Shown here piece by piece: positions 1-9,317 of a DNA stretch of 64,000 nt. Origin of the DNA: Dehalococcoidia bacterium (GTDB lineage: Bacteria; Chloroflexota; Dehalococcoidia; UBA2979); assembly GCA_965219085.1 (NCBI GenBank), contig OZ244720.1, forward strand, positions 2,240,001 to 2,304,000, written 5' to 3'. The notes beneath the pieces were generated by a model that saw only the letters and a program-made list of their open reading frames with translations, searched no databases and was not told the origin of the DNA. The first letter of the stretch is position 1. Every line of letters starts with the position of its first letter. Both the position numbers and the translations under genes were made by a program.

Positions 1-1783
1 GGTACGCGCTGTACCCGCTCGTCTTCTCGATGCGGTACATCTGGTCGAGCACCTTGTTCCAGACGTTGCGCGCCAACTCGGTGCGCGTTTCCGGATCGAG
101 CTCGACCTGGTGCTGCGCCGCCCAGGCGTCGATCTCGGGGTCGTTGATGCGGTTGCGGTTGCCGCCCGACTCCGAGTGGTTGAGCCCGTACACGTAGTGG
201 TCGGCCGTCGGGTTGAACGAGGCCCAGCCGTCGAAGGACTCGGACTCGCCGGAGCGGGTCGTCCACTGCGAGTTGTACTCGGTGTAGTCGACGGCCTTCG
301 GGTGGAGGGTCACGCCGATCCGGCGGAACTGGTCGAGCAGCACCTCGTTCTGGAGGCTGTTCGCGACGTTGCTGTAGTTGAAGTAGACGAGGTCGAACTC
401 GAGCTCCTCCTCGCCCGCCGCGGCGAGCAGCTTCTTCGCCTCGTCCGGGTCGTAGCGCCACCACTTGCCGAGCGTGCCGCTGTCCGGCGACGGCTCCTCC
501 TCCCAGAAGAAGCGCCAGTCCATCTGCGGCAGCACGATGCCCGCGCCCGAGTAGATGATGTCGAGCAGTTCCTGGCGGTCGTACGCCAGGGAGAGCCCGC
601 GCCGGATGCGCTCGTCCTGCCACCTCGGCAAGTCGAGGTTGAAGTTCAGCGCGAACGTCGAGGCGAAGATCGGGGTCGAGAAGAACTGCGCGTCCGGGTT
701 CGTCTCGAGGATGTTCTCCAGCTCCTGGGACGTCTGGGCCGACAGTCCGTAGTCGTGGTTGCCGACGCGGAACTGAGCCTGGGCCGCAGCGGCGTCGAGC
801 ACCAGCGGCAGGTCAAAGCGGTCGATCTTGACCGGGCCGCGGAAGTAGTCGGGGTTCTTGTCGAACGCGCCGCCCTCGCCGGAGGTCCAGTGGTCGAGGA
901 TCATCGGCCCAGTGCCGATCGCCCTCGTCAGGATCTCCCCGCTATCGACCAGTTCCGGCCCGTGGACGGTGGTGTACGCCGTCGCGAGCGGGAAGATGAA
1001 GTCCGGCGTCGGCTGCTTCAACGTGATCACGACCGTCGCGTCGTCGACCGCCTCGGTCGAGGCCACCTGCAGGAAGTACGAGCGGTGCGGGCTGCCGGTC
1101 TCCGAGTAGCGATCGAACGAGAACTTGACGTCGCTGGCGACGAGGTTGCGGCCGTTCAGCGGCGGGATGTTCTGGAACTTCACGTCCGGGTGGAGGTGGA
1201 ACGTGTACGCCAGCCCGTCCTCGGATATCTCCCAGGACTCCGCCAGCTCGGGCACGAGGTCGTTGCGGGCGTACGGGTCGGAGTCCCATCCGCTGTAGAC
1301 GCCGAGCACGTGGTTGTAGACCGCGTTCACACCCGACAGCGTCCCGCCCGCCGAGGCGATCGCCGGGTCGAGCGGGCCGGGGTTGAGCGTGAACCGATGC
1401 GTCAGCGTGCCGCCGAACTTCGGCGGCTTGTCCGGCTCCGGGATCTGGAACGGGACGAAGCGCCCGGCCTCGGTGGTGAAGCCCTGCGCGCGCTCGATCG
1501 TGGCGACCGTGTCCTCGTCCTCGACCGTCGCGGCCGGCGCCGCCTCTTCATCGTCGTCTTCCGTCGTGTCAGCGGCTGCCGCCGCCTGTGTGGCCGTGGC
1601 CGCCGGAGTCGTGGCGGTGGTCTCCTCCCCGTCGTCGTCGTCGTCGTCATCGCCGCCGCGGCAGCCGATCAGTGCGGCAGCCGCCAGGCCGAGGCCGCCG
1701 ACGAGTCCGCCTCGCAGCAGCGTTCGGCGGGTGACGAGGTTCGCGAAGCGATCCTCCAGGTTCGCGTCTGAGTGTTCTGGCAT
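1..1783 (-). CDS. ABC transporter substrate-binding protein (family 5, peptide/nickel type), Tat lipoprotein; 3' end runs off the window
   Basis: Read on the - strand from ATG at 1783: MPEHSDANL...VTRRTLLRGG...AAAALIGC (twin-Arg plus lipobox), then ELAESWE, YTFHL, DVKFSFDR and GTGPM motifs. The + strand ORF 110..1771 is its shadow. Confidence 0.9.
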   Translation of the reverse strand, partial: MPEHSDANLEDRFANLVTRRTLLRGGLVGGLGLAAAALIGCRGGDDDDDDDGEETTATTPAATATQAAAAADTTEDDDEEAAPAATVEDEDTVATIERAQGFTTEAGRFVPFQIPEPDKPPKFGGTLTHRFTLNPGPLDPAIASAGGTLSGVNAVYNHVLGVYSGWDSDPYARNDLVPELAESWEISEDGLAYTFHLHPDVKFQNIPPLNGRNLVASDVKFSFDRYSETGSPHRSYFLQVASTEAVDDATVVITLKQPTPDFIFPLATAYTTVHGPELVDSGEILTRAIGTGPMILDHWTSGEGGAFDKNPDYFRGPVKIDRFDLPLVLDAAAAQAQFRVGNHDYGLSAQTSQELENILETNPDAQFFSTPIFASTFALNFNLDLPRWQDERIRRGLSLAYDRQELLDIIYSGAGIVLPQMDWRFFWEEEPSPDSGTLGKWWRYDPDEAKKLLAAAGEEELEFDLVYFNYSNVANSLQNEVLLDQFRRIGVTLHPKAVDYTEYNSQWTTRSGESESFDGWASFNPTADHYVYGLNHSESGGNRNRINDPEIDAWAAQHQVELDPETRTELARNVWNKVLDQMYRIEKTSGYSAY

Positions 1784-1993
1784 GTTCGGTCCTTCCTGGC
1801 CGGGGCATGCGCGTGCCCCCGCCCGGTGTCTTACCAGCGATACGTGCAGGGTCGCCGTGAGGTTTGGTGACATGGCGGCCGCCAGGGTCGCATCGCCTTG
1901 GCGGCATCATAGCAGCGCATGTAAGGGTCAATCGGCGATCGTTGTGCCCAGCCCCTCCGCGGGACTGGGGGATCGACCCCCGGAGGGGAGGTA

Positions 1994-2785
1994 CTACGCG
2001 ACGAACGCGCGGACCAGTGCGGCCACCTCCGACGACCGCTCGACCTCGACCATGTGCCCGGCGCCCTCGACCACCTCGAGGCGGGCGTTGGGGAGGGCTT
2101 CGGCGTACTGGCGGCCGACGCTCGTCGGGACCACGCCGTCCTCGCCGCCCCACACAAGCAGCGTCGGCGTGTCCACCTCGGCGAGGAGGTATGGGAGGCG
2201 CCAGTCCCACATGTACGGCTTCCACGTCAGGCGCGCGGTCATCTCGCGGCTGAAGTCCCACAGCTCGCGCGTCGCGGCGTCCGGCTGCTCGCCGAACTCC
2301 GCCTCGAACGCCGCCTGGTCCGCGAAGCAGGCACGCACGTAGACCGCGTGGGCCAGCATCATCTGGTCGAGGATCTCACCCTCGTCGGGCTTGATCCCCG
2401 GCGCGCCGATGAGCACGAGCCGCTCGAAGCGCTGCTGTTGCAGCACGGCCAACTCGGCCGCAACCCACCCGCCGAACCCAAGCCCCACGACGGTGACACG
2501 GTCGAGGCCGAGCCGGTCGAGGGCGCGGTGCAGCAGGATCGCGAGGTCACGCGGCTCACGCGCCCACTCCGGGCGGTCGGACTGCCCGTAGCCCGGCAGG
2601 TCGGGGACGATCACGCGCCCACCGCCGCTCAGCGCCTCGTGGAAGGGTAGCCAGCCGGGGTTGCCCGTCGAGCGGTGCAGCACCAGCAGCGGGGTTGCCG
2701 CGCCGGCGCCGGCTTCCAGGTACTGCACGCGCAGCCCTGCCACCTCGACGGCGGCTTCCGTCCATGTTGTGTTCGAGGTCGTCAT
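1994..2785 (-). CDS. Alpha/beta-fold hydrolase
   Basis: PDLPGYGQS, GLGFGG at the nucleophile elbow (Gly in place of Ser), C-terminal GAGH. Confidence 0.85.
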   Translation of the reverse strand: MTTSNTTWTEAAVEVAGLRVQYLEAGAGAATPLLVLHRSTGNPGWLPFHEALSGGGRVIVPDLPGYGQSDRPEWAREPRDLAILLHRALDRLGLDRVTVVGLGFGGWVAAELAVLQQQRFERLVLIGAPGIKPDEGEILDQMMLAHAVYVRACFADQAAFEAEFGEQPDAATRELWDFSREMTARLTWKPYMWDWRLPYLLAEVDTPTLLVWGGEDGVVPTSVGRQYAEALPNARLEVVEGAGHMVEVERSSEVAALVRAFVA

Positions 2786-2803
2786 TGGCGCGCCCCGCCC
2801 GTG

Positions 2804-4123
2804 CTAGTCGACGCTGCCGCGCGGCGGGTCGAAGTCGTACGGGCCGGGCAGGTTGAGGTCCTCGCCGATCTTGCGCATCGGCGGGAGCACGCGTTCGCCC
2901 ATGAGGGTGAGGCTGCTCATCGCGTCCTCGTGCGACATCGCGCCGTCGCCGTCCCACAGGAACACGGTGCCAAGCTGCAGCGTCTCGACCACGTGGCGCA
3001 GGCGCTCGATCACCGTCTCCGGGGAGCCGACGATGATGTTGTAGCGCTCGATCTGCTTGTCGTAGCTGCCGGAGAAGTCACGCTCGGCCTCGGGCACGCG
3101 TGGCTGGACCGGCTTCGGCTCGGCTTCGGCGACGCCGCGCGCCTTTGCCTGGGCGCGGTCGCGGCGCATCGGCAGCATGTCGCCCTTGCGGGGGCTGAGC
3201 CCGGGCAGGCTCTGGAGGTGCTGGCGAACTTCGCCCTGGTTGCCCTCGATGAACGGGTTCGACGGCCCCTGTAGGTACTTCCGCCCGATCTCGTAGGCCT
3301 GCTGGTCGGATTCCTCGACGTGGACCTTGAGGACGTAGCCGAAGTGCTCGGGGCCGGCCTCGTAGCCGACGTTCGAGGCGCACTCGCGGTAGTAGTCGAA
3401 GGATTCGCTGACGGCCTCGAGTTCGCCGCCGAGCATGATGTACGGGTAGCGGTGCTCGGCGGCCCAGCGCAGCGTGTTCTTGCTGAGCGTGCCGGGGATC
3501 CAGATCGGCGGGTGCGGCCGCTGCATCGGTCGCGACCATGGGTTTACGTAACGGTACTGGAAGTGCTTGCCCTCCCAGCGGAACGGGCCGTCGGTCGTCC
3601 AGGTCTTGATCACGAAGTCGTGCGCCTCCTGGAAGCGCTCCCAGTTGAACGGCGACTGCGCGTTGTGGGCCACGCTCTCGCGGCCCGTGCCTCGCACCCA
3701 GCCGGGCACGAGGCGGCCGCCGGAGATGAGGTCGATCTCCGCGAGCTCCTCGGCGAGCCACATCGGGTCCTCCCAGATCGGGAGGACGTTGCCGAGCAGC
3801 ACGATCTTCGCCTTCTTCGTGATGCGGGCGAGTATGGCGGCCTCGACGTTAATGGCGCCGCCCATGCAGAACAGGCTGGCGTGGTGCTCGTTGAGCATCA
3901 GCCCGTCGAAGCCCATCTCCTCGGCGTAGACCTTCTCGTCCAGGTAGCGGTTGTAGAGCTGGTGGGCGACGCGCGGGTTGTAGAGCCCGTTGCTCGTCCC
4001 GAGGTCGATCACGCCGGGCCCGCTGCCGGGTGCGAAGAGCTGACCGCCCTCGGTGAGGAACGCGCCGGAGATACCGGCGTCGGCATCCTGGTAGGGGCGT
4101 TCGGTGAAGTAGCCAAAGAACAC
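2804..4123 (-). CDS. LLM-class (luciferase-like) flavin-dependent oxidoreductase
   Basis: AEEMGFDGLMLNEHH, LAEELAEIDLISGGRL, PMQRPHPPIW, IVGSPETV. Confidence 0.92.
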   Translation of the reverse strand: MFFGYFTERPYQDADAGISGAFLTEGGQLFAPGSGPGVIDLGTSNGLYNPRVAHQLYNRYLDEKVYAEEMGFDGLMLNEHHASLFCMGGAINVEAAILARITKKAKIVLLGNVLPIWEDPMWLAEELAEIDLISGGRLVPGWVRGTGRESVAHNAQSPFNWERFQEAHDFVIKTWTTDGPFRWEGKHFQYRYVNPWSRPMQRPHPPIWIPGTLSKNTLRWAAEHRYPYIMLGGELEAVSESFDYYRECASNVGYEAGPEHFGYVLKVHVEESDQQAYEIGRKYLQGPSNPFIEGNQGEVRQHLQSLPGLSPRKGDMLPMRRDRAQAKARGVAEAEPKPVQPRVPEAERDFSGSYDKQIERYNIIVGSPETVIERLRHVVETLQLGTVFLWDGDGAMSHEDAMSSLTLMGERVLPPMRKIGEDLNLPGPYDFDPPRGSVD

Positions 4124-4162
4124 GGTGGCCTCCTCGAGGGCTGCGTCCGGGATGCGCGGAGT

Positions 4163-4423
4163 CTACTCCAGCGGAGCTGTGGTGCGGATGCACTCGGCGC
4201 GTCTGGCGCGGCCCCACGCCGTCCGCAACTCCGCCCGGTGCAGCGAAGCCCACTCGATCACAAGTCCGCGTGCCCGGAGTGGAAGGCGCCCGGATAGCAG
4301 ATCCAGGCTCTCGATCTCAATGGTGGCCGGGTGCTCGCCATAGCGGGCATGGAAGTGTGGCGGGGCGTGGTCGTTGAAGTACATCCGGACGACAATCCCG
4401 TAGAAGTGGCAGAGTTCAGGCAT
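4163..4423 (-). CDS. DUF4160 family protein (putative toxin-antitoxin component)
   Basis: MPELCHFYGIVVRMYFNDHAPPHFHARYG; ATG at 4423 overlaps the upstream gene stop. Confidence 0.85.
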   Translation of the reverse strand: MPELCHFYGIVVRMYFNDHAPPHFHARYGEHPATIEIESLDLLSGRLPLRARGLVIEWASLHRAELRTAWGRARRAECIRTTAPLE

Positions 4424-4706
4424 CGTCCACCGGGCCATGGACGCCCGGCATGATTTGCTCGACGGTCTTTCCGGTGAGCTGGAGGTAGAGCGCGTCGGGA
4501 CAGAGTTCGATGTCCTCGCCCCAGGCGATGGCATCGTGCGGGGCGATGCGCACTGCTTCGAAGAAGGCGCGGTCACTCCACGCCTGGAACACACCCCGAC
4601 CCGCGAGGTCGGACAGGTCGACTTCGCCGTTGGACCCGTCCTCGTACCGCATCCAGATGCGGTACCCCTGGCGGGGTTCCACCGTGGTAGGCCGGACTAC
4701 TGCCAT
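4416..4706 (-). CDS. DUF2442 family protein (DUF4160 partner)
   Basis: YRIWMRYEDGSNGEVDLSDL...IAWGEDIELCPDALY. Confidence 0.85.
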   Translation of the reverse strand: MAVVRPTTVEPRQGYRIWMRYEDGSNGEVDLSDLAGRGVFQAWSDRAFFEAVRIAPHDAIAWGEDIELCPDALYLQLTGKTVEQIMPGVHGPVDDA

Positions 4707-5443
4707 GCTGCCCCCAGGATCCGTCGCCGCTGGCAATGAGTCTAGCTGGGTGCTGAAAAAGGCGCGGCCATCTGGCAGGATAGCGAAGGCGGCGGGGGCG
4801 TAGCCTGGGAGGCAGCCCCGTGCGAGGCGACGCTGAGCGTCAGACCAACATGTTGCTGGCGGTGACGCCGGACTCCTTCATCCCGGACGACCACCCGATC
4901 CGACGCATCAAACCGATCGTCGATGCCGCGCTGCAGCGGCTCTCGCCGCTGTTCGGCACGATGTACGCAACGAGCGGGCGGCCCTCGATCCCGCCCGAGC
5001 ACCTGCTCAAGGCGAGCCTGCTGATCGCGCTCTACTCGGTGCGCAGCGAGCGCCAGTTCTGCGAGCGGCTGCGCTACGACCTGCTCTTCAAGTGGTTCTT
5101 GGACCTCAACATCTCAGACGCGCCGTTCGACGCCTCGAGCTTCTCGAAGAACCGCGAGCGCCTGCTCGCAGCCGATGTCGCGCGCGCCTTCTTCGCCGAG
5201 GTGGTGGCCGAGGCAAAGCGCCGCCGGCTGCTCTCCGCCGAGCACTTCACGGTGGACGGGACGCTGCTCGAGGCCTGGGCCTCGCTCAAGAGCTACCGCC
5301 CGCGCGACGAGCAGGAGCCACCCCTGGGCGGACGCAACCCGGATGTCGACTTCCGCGGGCGGCGGCGCAGCCGCGATACGCATGTTTCTGCGACCGACCC
5401 GGAGGCGCGGCTGTACACGAAGACACCCCAGGACGCTAAGGGG

Positions 5444-6667
5444 TCAAGCAGCGAGGTCCTCGTGGGTGTAACGGTGTCCCCAGGCGGTCGTCTCGTCGTA
5501 GGGCAAGCGGCGCTTCAGGCAGCCATGTAGGTAGCCGACGAGACGGTTGCCGAGGGCGCGGAGCGCCTGGTGGTGGAGGTCGCCCGCGGCGCGCCGCCGA
5601 TCGTAGAACTCGCGGCAGCCGGGGCTGGCCTGCAGGGAGCACAGCGCCCACTGGTCGACTGCGTCGTAGAGGCGCCGGTTGCGGACGAAGCGGGCTTTCA
5701 CGGTGTGCTTGCGGCCGGATGCTACCGTCAGCGGCGACGTGCCGGCGTAGTTCCTGCGGGACTTCGCCGACTCGTAGCGTTCGGGGTCATCCCCGAACTC
5801 GCCAAGCACCCGGGCGCCGAGGACCACGCCGAGACCGGGCAGGGAACGGTAGATACCGGCGTCCGGGTGCTGCTCAAAATGGCTCGCGAGCTCGGCCTCG
5901 AGCTCCTTGATCTGACGGTTGATCTCGCCGATCACCCTCATTGCCGCACTGGTGCTCGCGGCGAATGCCTTGCTCACCGCGGGCGGAGCCTCGAGCTGCG
6001 GTGAGCGCAGCGCGTCGCGGACCTCGGCGGCGCGCCGCTCGATGTTGCGCCGGCGGCCGCCGCGGCGCAGCGCGGAGCGGATCTGGGTGATGCTCAGCCG
6101 CGCCGCCTCGCGCGGGCCAGGCGCTGTCGCCAGCACGCCCACCGCGTCGTCGTGCGCGAGGTCGGGGAAGGCCTCCAGCGCACCCGGAAAGTACTCCCTG
6201 AGCGCGTTGCGCAGCCGGTTGGTCTGGCGGACGCGGTCCCAGATCAACTGCTGGTGGGCGCGGGCGAGGATGCGCACCGCGGCGGCTTCGTCGCTGTCGC
6301 CGGCGACCTCCCGGTGGTTGTGCCGGTCGGTGCGGACGAGGTCGGCGAGCAGCTTCGCGTCGCCGGCGTCGGACTTGGCGCCGCCGACGTGGTGGCGGTC
6401 GCGGTAACGCGACGCCGAGCGCGGGTTGATGGCGTAGACGTGGTAGCCGGCCGCGAGCAGTGCCGCGACCCAGGGGCCGCGGTCCGTCTCGATGCCGACG
6501 ATCACCTCACCCGGCCCTGAGGCGTACCCGGCGACCAGTCCGTGCAGGGCAGTGATGCCCTCCACCCCTTCGGGCAGACGCCGGGCGGCGAGCCGCTCGC
6601 CCGCGTCGTTCATGAGATGGACGTCGTGGTGGTCTTCGGACCAGTCATCGCCCAGGTACAAGGCCAT
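5444..6667 (-). CDS. IS110-family recombinase/transposase
   Basis: N-terminal DEDD RuvC-like motifs (LGDDWSEDHHDV, IGIE, KSDAGDA), SLPGLG, YAGTSP..ASG. Confidence 0.95.
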   Translation of the reverse strand: MALYLGDDWSEDHHDVHLMNDAGERLAARRLPEGVEGITALHGLVAGYASGPGEVIVGIETDRGPWVAALLAAGYHVYAINPRSASRYRDRHHVGGAKSDAGDAKLLADLVRTDRHNHREVAGDSDEAAAVRILARAHQQLIWDRVRQTNRLRNALREYFPGALEAFPDLAHDDAVGVLATAPGPREAARLSITQIRSALRRGGRRRNIERRAAEVRDALRSPQLEAPPAVSKAFAASTSAAMRVIGEINRQIKELEAELASHFEQHPDAGIYRSLPGLGVVLGARVLGEFGDDPERYESAKSRRNYAGTSPLTVASGRKHTVKARFVRNRRLYDAVDQWALCSLQASPGCREFYDRRRAAGDLHHQALRALGNRLVGYLHGCLKRRLPYDETTAWGHRYTHEDLAA

Positions 6668-6689
6668 CGTGTTTCAGTTCCTCTCCCGC

Positions 6690-6900
6690 TTCGCGCTGCT
6701 CGGTGCGACCCGGCGGGTTGGTTCCTGCGACGGCCTAATGGATCAGTGCTCGATGGCACGACACCCCATGAGTGCTGCAGAACAACCCGGAATACCAGCA
6801 GGGGCTCGGTCTTCGTGAAGCGGTCCAGAAGCCGCAGGGATCAGCTGAGAGCTCACCGGCTGGCAGGGTCCAGAACCAGTCTGCCAGAGAACCTCTGGCC
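6690..6900 (-). ncRNA. Putative IS110 bridge RNA (ends approximate)
   Basis: Two internal-loop hairpins whose guide segments match the target site and the donor junction (see findings). Confidence 0.75.
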
Positions 6901-7548
6901 GCTGGTCGGGCCCCATTAGGGGTCGGGGCAGACGGCGAAGCTCAGCTACATGGGCCATCTGCTCACCGAGAACCGTCACGGTCTGGTGCTGGACGTGGAG
7001 TTGGCCGAGGCGAACGGGTACGCCGAGCGCGAGGCGGCGGTCACGATGCTGGAGCGCAGCGTGAGCGGCTGCGGGACGCTGGGCGCCGACCGCGGCTACG
7101 ACACGCGCGGCTTCGTGGCGGCGCTGCGCGCTCGCGGCGTGACGCCGCACGTGGCGCAAAACGACCGCCGCCGCCGCAGCGCCGTGGATGGGCGCACCAC
7201 GCGGCATCGCGGCTACAGGCAGAGTCAGAAGCGGCGCAAGATCGTGGAGCAGGTCTTCGGCTGGATGAAGACCGTGGGCGGCGGGCGCAAGCTGCGCTTC
7301 GTGGGCCGCGAGCGCAACCGCTGTTGGCTGGAGCTCACCGCCGCCGCCTACAACCTCGTGCGCATGGCCACGCTCGAGACCGCCGCGGCGTAGGCGCAGT
7401 GCGCCCTCCGCCCCGCCAGGGAGCCCTCAGAGGCGCCCGGGGGCAGGTCAGGAGGCCACGATCACGAACCCGGAGGCGGCTTCAAGCCGCCTCTCGCCAC
7501 TCCGAGACCCCGGAAGGCGCTTCTTCAGCAGCCTGCTAGCATGGCTCC

Positions 7549-9234
7549 ATGGACCGCAACCGTGGTGGCCGGCCGCGCCATCCCGACGTGCTGACGCCGG
7601 CCGAGTGGCGCGTGCTCGAGGCGCTGCGCGACGGCGGGACGAACGCCGAGATCGGCGCTCGCCTCGGCCTCAGCCTCGACACGGTGAAGTACCACATCTC
7701 GAACATGCTCGCGAAGCTCGAGCTGCGCGACCGGCGCGCCCTCGCCGCCTGGCGTCCCGACGCACAGCGAGGCCGCCTCGGCGCGGTGCTCGCCGTCCCG
7801 GCTGTCTTGTGGGCGGTCGTAGGGCGGCCGCTCGTGTGGGTCGGGGTGGGAGTAGCGGCACTGGCCGGGGTGGCCGTCGTGGTGGCGGCGCTCGTGGCCC
7901 TCGAGGCAGTCGTGGAGCGGGACAGCGACGCGCCCGCTGCGGTCGCCCCGCCGCCCGCGACCGCCACGCCCACACCGGCCGTGGCGCCGACGGCGACGCC
8001 GAGCGTCTTTGCCGCCGGGCCGGCGCTGGCGCCTTCGGCGACTCCGCCAGCCGCGCCTTCGCCGACCCCGGCCGGGACACCCGAGCCGCGCGCCAGCCGG
8101 ACACCCGCAGCGCCGGCCCCCGCGCCCGGCTCTTGCGCGACACCGACCGACCCGACGTGCATCCACGCGGTATACCGGGGGGCGCCGGCCGACCACGCGC
8201 AGGTGCCCGACATCCCCGCCGACGCGCTGCTCACGCCGGCGAGTGATGGGCGCTACTACGTGGGGCGCGGGCAGCAGGTGACGGTGGTGACGGCTGCACC
8301 GCTGCCCGCCGGCTGGACGCGCTTCTGGCTGGACCGCAGCCCGCTCAAGGTCGGGGTGCCGTCGCCGACGTCGTTCGAGCAGCTGGTCCAGCCCGTTGGG
8401 ACGACCTACACGTTCACCGTCACCGACGACGAGGCTGGCGCCACGCTCATCACGTTCGACCTGACGGCGGCGCGGCCGCATCCGGTGCGGCCCACCCACA
8501 AGCCGGTGCTGGGCGACGTGGTGGTGACGACCGAGTTCGCGGTGCCAAAGTTGCGCTACAACCTCCTCGACACGGCCGGCGCAGCGGCGACCCCGGGGAG
8601 CTACGCCTTCCTGCAGGCGGCTGGCGATGTGTCGAGCGCAATCGAAAATTTCGGATTGCGCCCTGCAAAGGGCGTCGAGTTGCGCATCCATCCGACCGAC
8701 GCCTCTGGAGTGTCGCGCGCGGCCCTCTACGACACCTTGAAGGTCGGAGACGCATTCGAGTACCGCACAAATGGCCTCGACTGCTCCTTCCGCTTCAGAG
8801 TCACGAGTGTTTCTACACCCGCGTCCGTCCCGCGGAGCTACGGCCTTCACTTCGTTTCTGAGGATGGAGGGCGATGCGGAGACGCTATCGACGACCCAGC
8901 AGCAGCGAAGGATGTTGATTTCGCGTGGCTCGTTCCGCCCGGACGCGTTGGAGCGGATGGCATACGAGAGCTCATTCCCTGGGAGCCGGCAGGGAACGGT
9001 ACGTATCGGATTGGGTCCGGGGGTCGGTACGTTATCGATGTGCCTCTGGGAATGCGGATTGTGGCTAGTCCCGAGTTCTCCACTTACGGCTCTTCCATTA
9101 CGAGCGCCGTGACCCTCACAGACGAGGAAACAGGAGCCCGACTCCAGATCGATCCCGCGACAGGCGAGGTACTCGGACGTGACGCGAGTACACGGCTTGA
9201 TCCAATTGTGGATTCCATACGTCTAGCTGACTAA
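7549..9234 (+). CDS. LuxR-type HTH protein with transmembrane segment, Pro/Ala/Thr linker and large extracytoplasmic region
   Basis: LTPAEWRVLEALRDGGTNAEIGARLGLSLDTVKYHISNMLAKL, followed by a hydrophobic stretch and low-complexity linker. Confidence 0.8.
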   Translation: MDRNRGGRPRHPDVLTPAEWRVLEALRDGGTNAEIGARLGLSLDTVKYHISNMLAKLELRDRRALAAWRPDAQRGRLGAVLAVPAVLWAVVGRPLVWVGVGVAALAGVAVVVAALVALEAVVERDSDAPAAVAPPPATATPTPAVAPTATPSVFAAGPALAPSATPPAAPSPTPAGTPEPRASRTPAAPAPAPGSCATPTDPTCIHAVYRGAPADHAQVPDIPADALLTPASDGRYYVGRGQQVTVVTAAPLPAGWTRFWLDRSPLKVGVPSPTSFEQLVQPVGTTYTFTVTDDEAGATLITFDLTAARPHPVRPTHKPVLGDVVVTTEFAVPKLRYNLLDTAGAAATPGSYAFLQAAGDVSSAIENFGLRPAKGVELRIHPTDASGVSRAALYDTLKVGDAFEYRTNGLDCSFRFRVTSVSTPASVPRSYGLHFVSEDGGRCGDAIDDPAAAKDVDFAWLVPPGRVGADGIRELIPWEPAGNGTYRIGSGGRYVIDVPLGMRIVASPEFSTYGSSITSAVTLTDEETGARLQIDPATGEVLGRDASTRLDPIVDSIRLAD

Positions 9235-9317
9235 GAGCGAGGAGCAGATGCGGATGTATGGACGACCGCTCTTGCCGTCATTGGCATCGTGATGCCGTTC
9301 CCGCAGCCGCGAAAAGG

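Larger units (their letters stand above)
5423..6919 (-). mobile_element. IS110-family element
   Basis: No terminal IRs; flanked by the same dinucleotide core (AG on +, CT on -); about 250 bp non-coding end upstream of the recombinase. Confidence 0.9.
4820..7393 (+). pseudogene. IS5-family DDE transposase split into 4820-5422 and 6920-7393
   Basis: N-half GRPSIPPE...FTVDGTL...TDPEARLYTK; C-half GSGQTAKLSYMGH...LGADRGYD...IVEQVFGWMK. Joining 5422 to 6920 restores the frame. Confidence 0.9.
4746..7535 (+). mobile_element. IS5-family insertion sequence, interrupted by a nested IS110
   Basis: Imperfect terminal IRs ctgggtgctgaaaaa (from 4746) and ttcttcagcagcctg (7521-7535); CTAG direct repeats at 4742-4745 and 7536-7539. 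Confidence 0.88.

Noticed and set aside
110-1771. 553-aa + strand ORF and other long antisense ORFs (e.g. 11578..13416, 51617..53662, most of 28338..30929)
   Set aside because: Shadow frames of real high-GC genes on the opposite strand, with no motifs of their own.
7549-9234. Diversity-generating retroelement target
   Set aside because: No reverse transcriptase and no template/variable repeat pair seen in the window.
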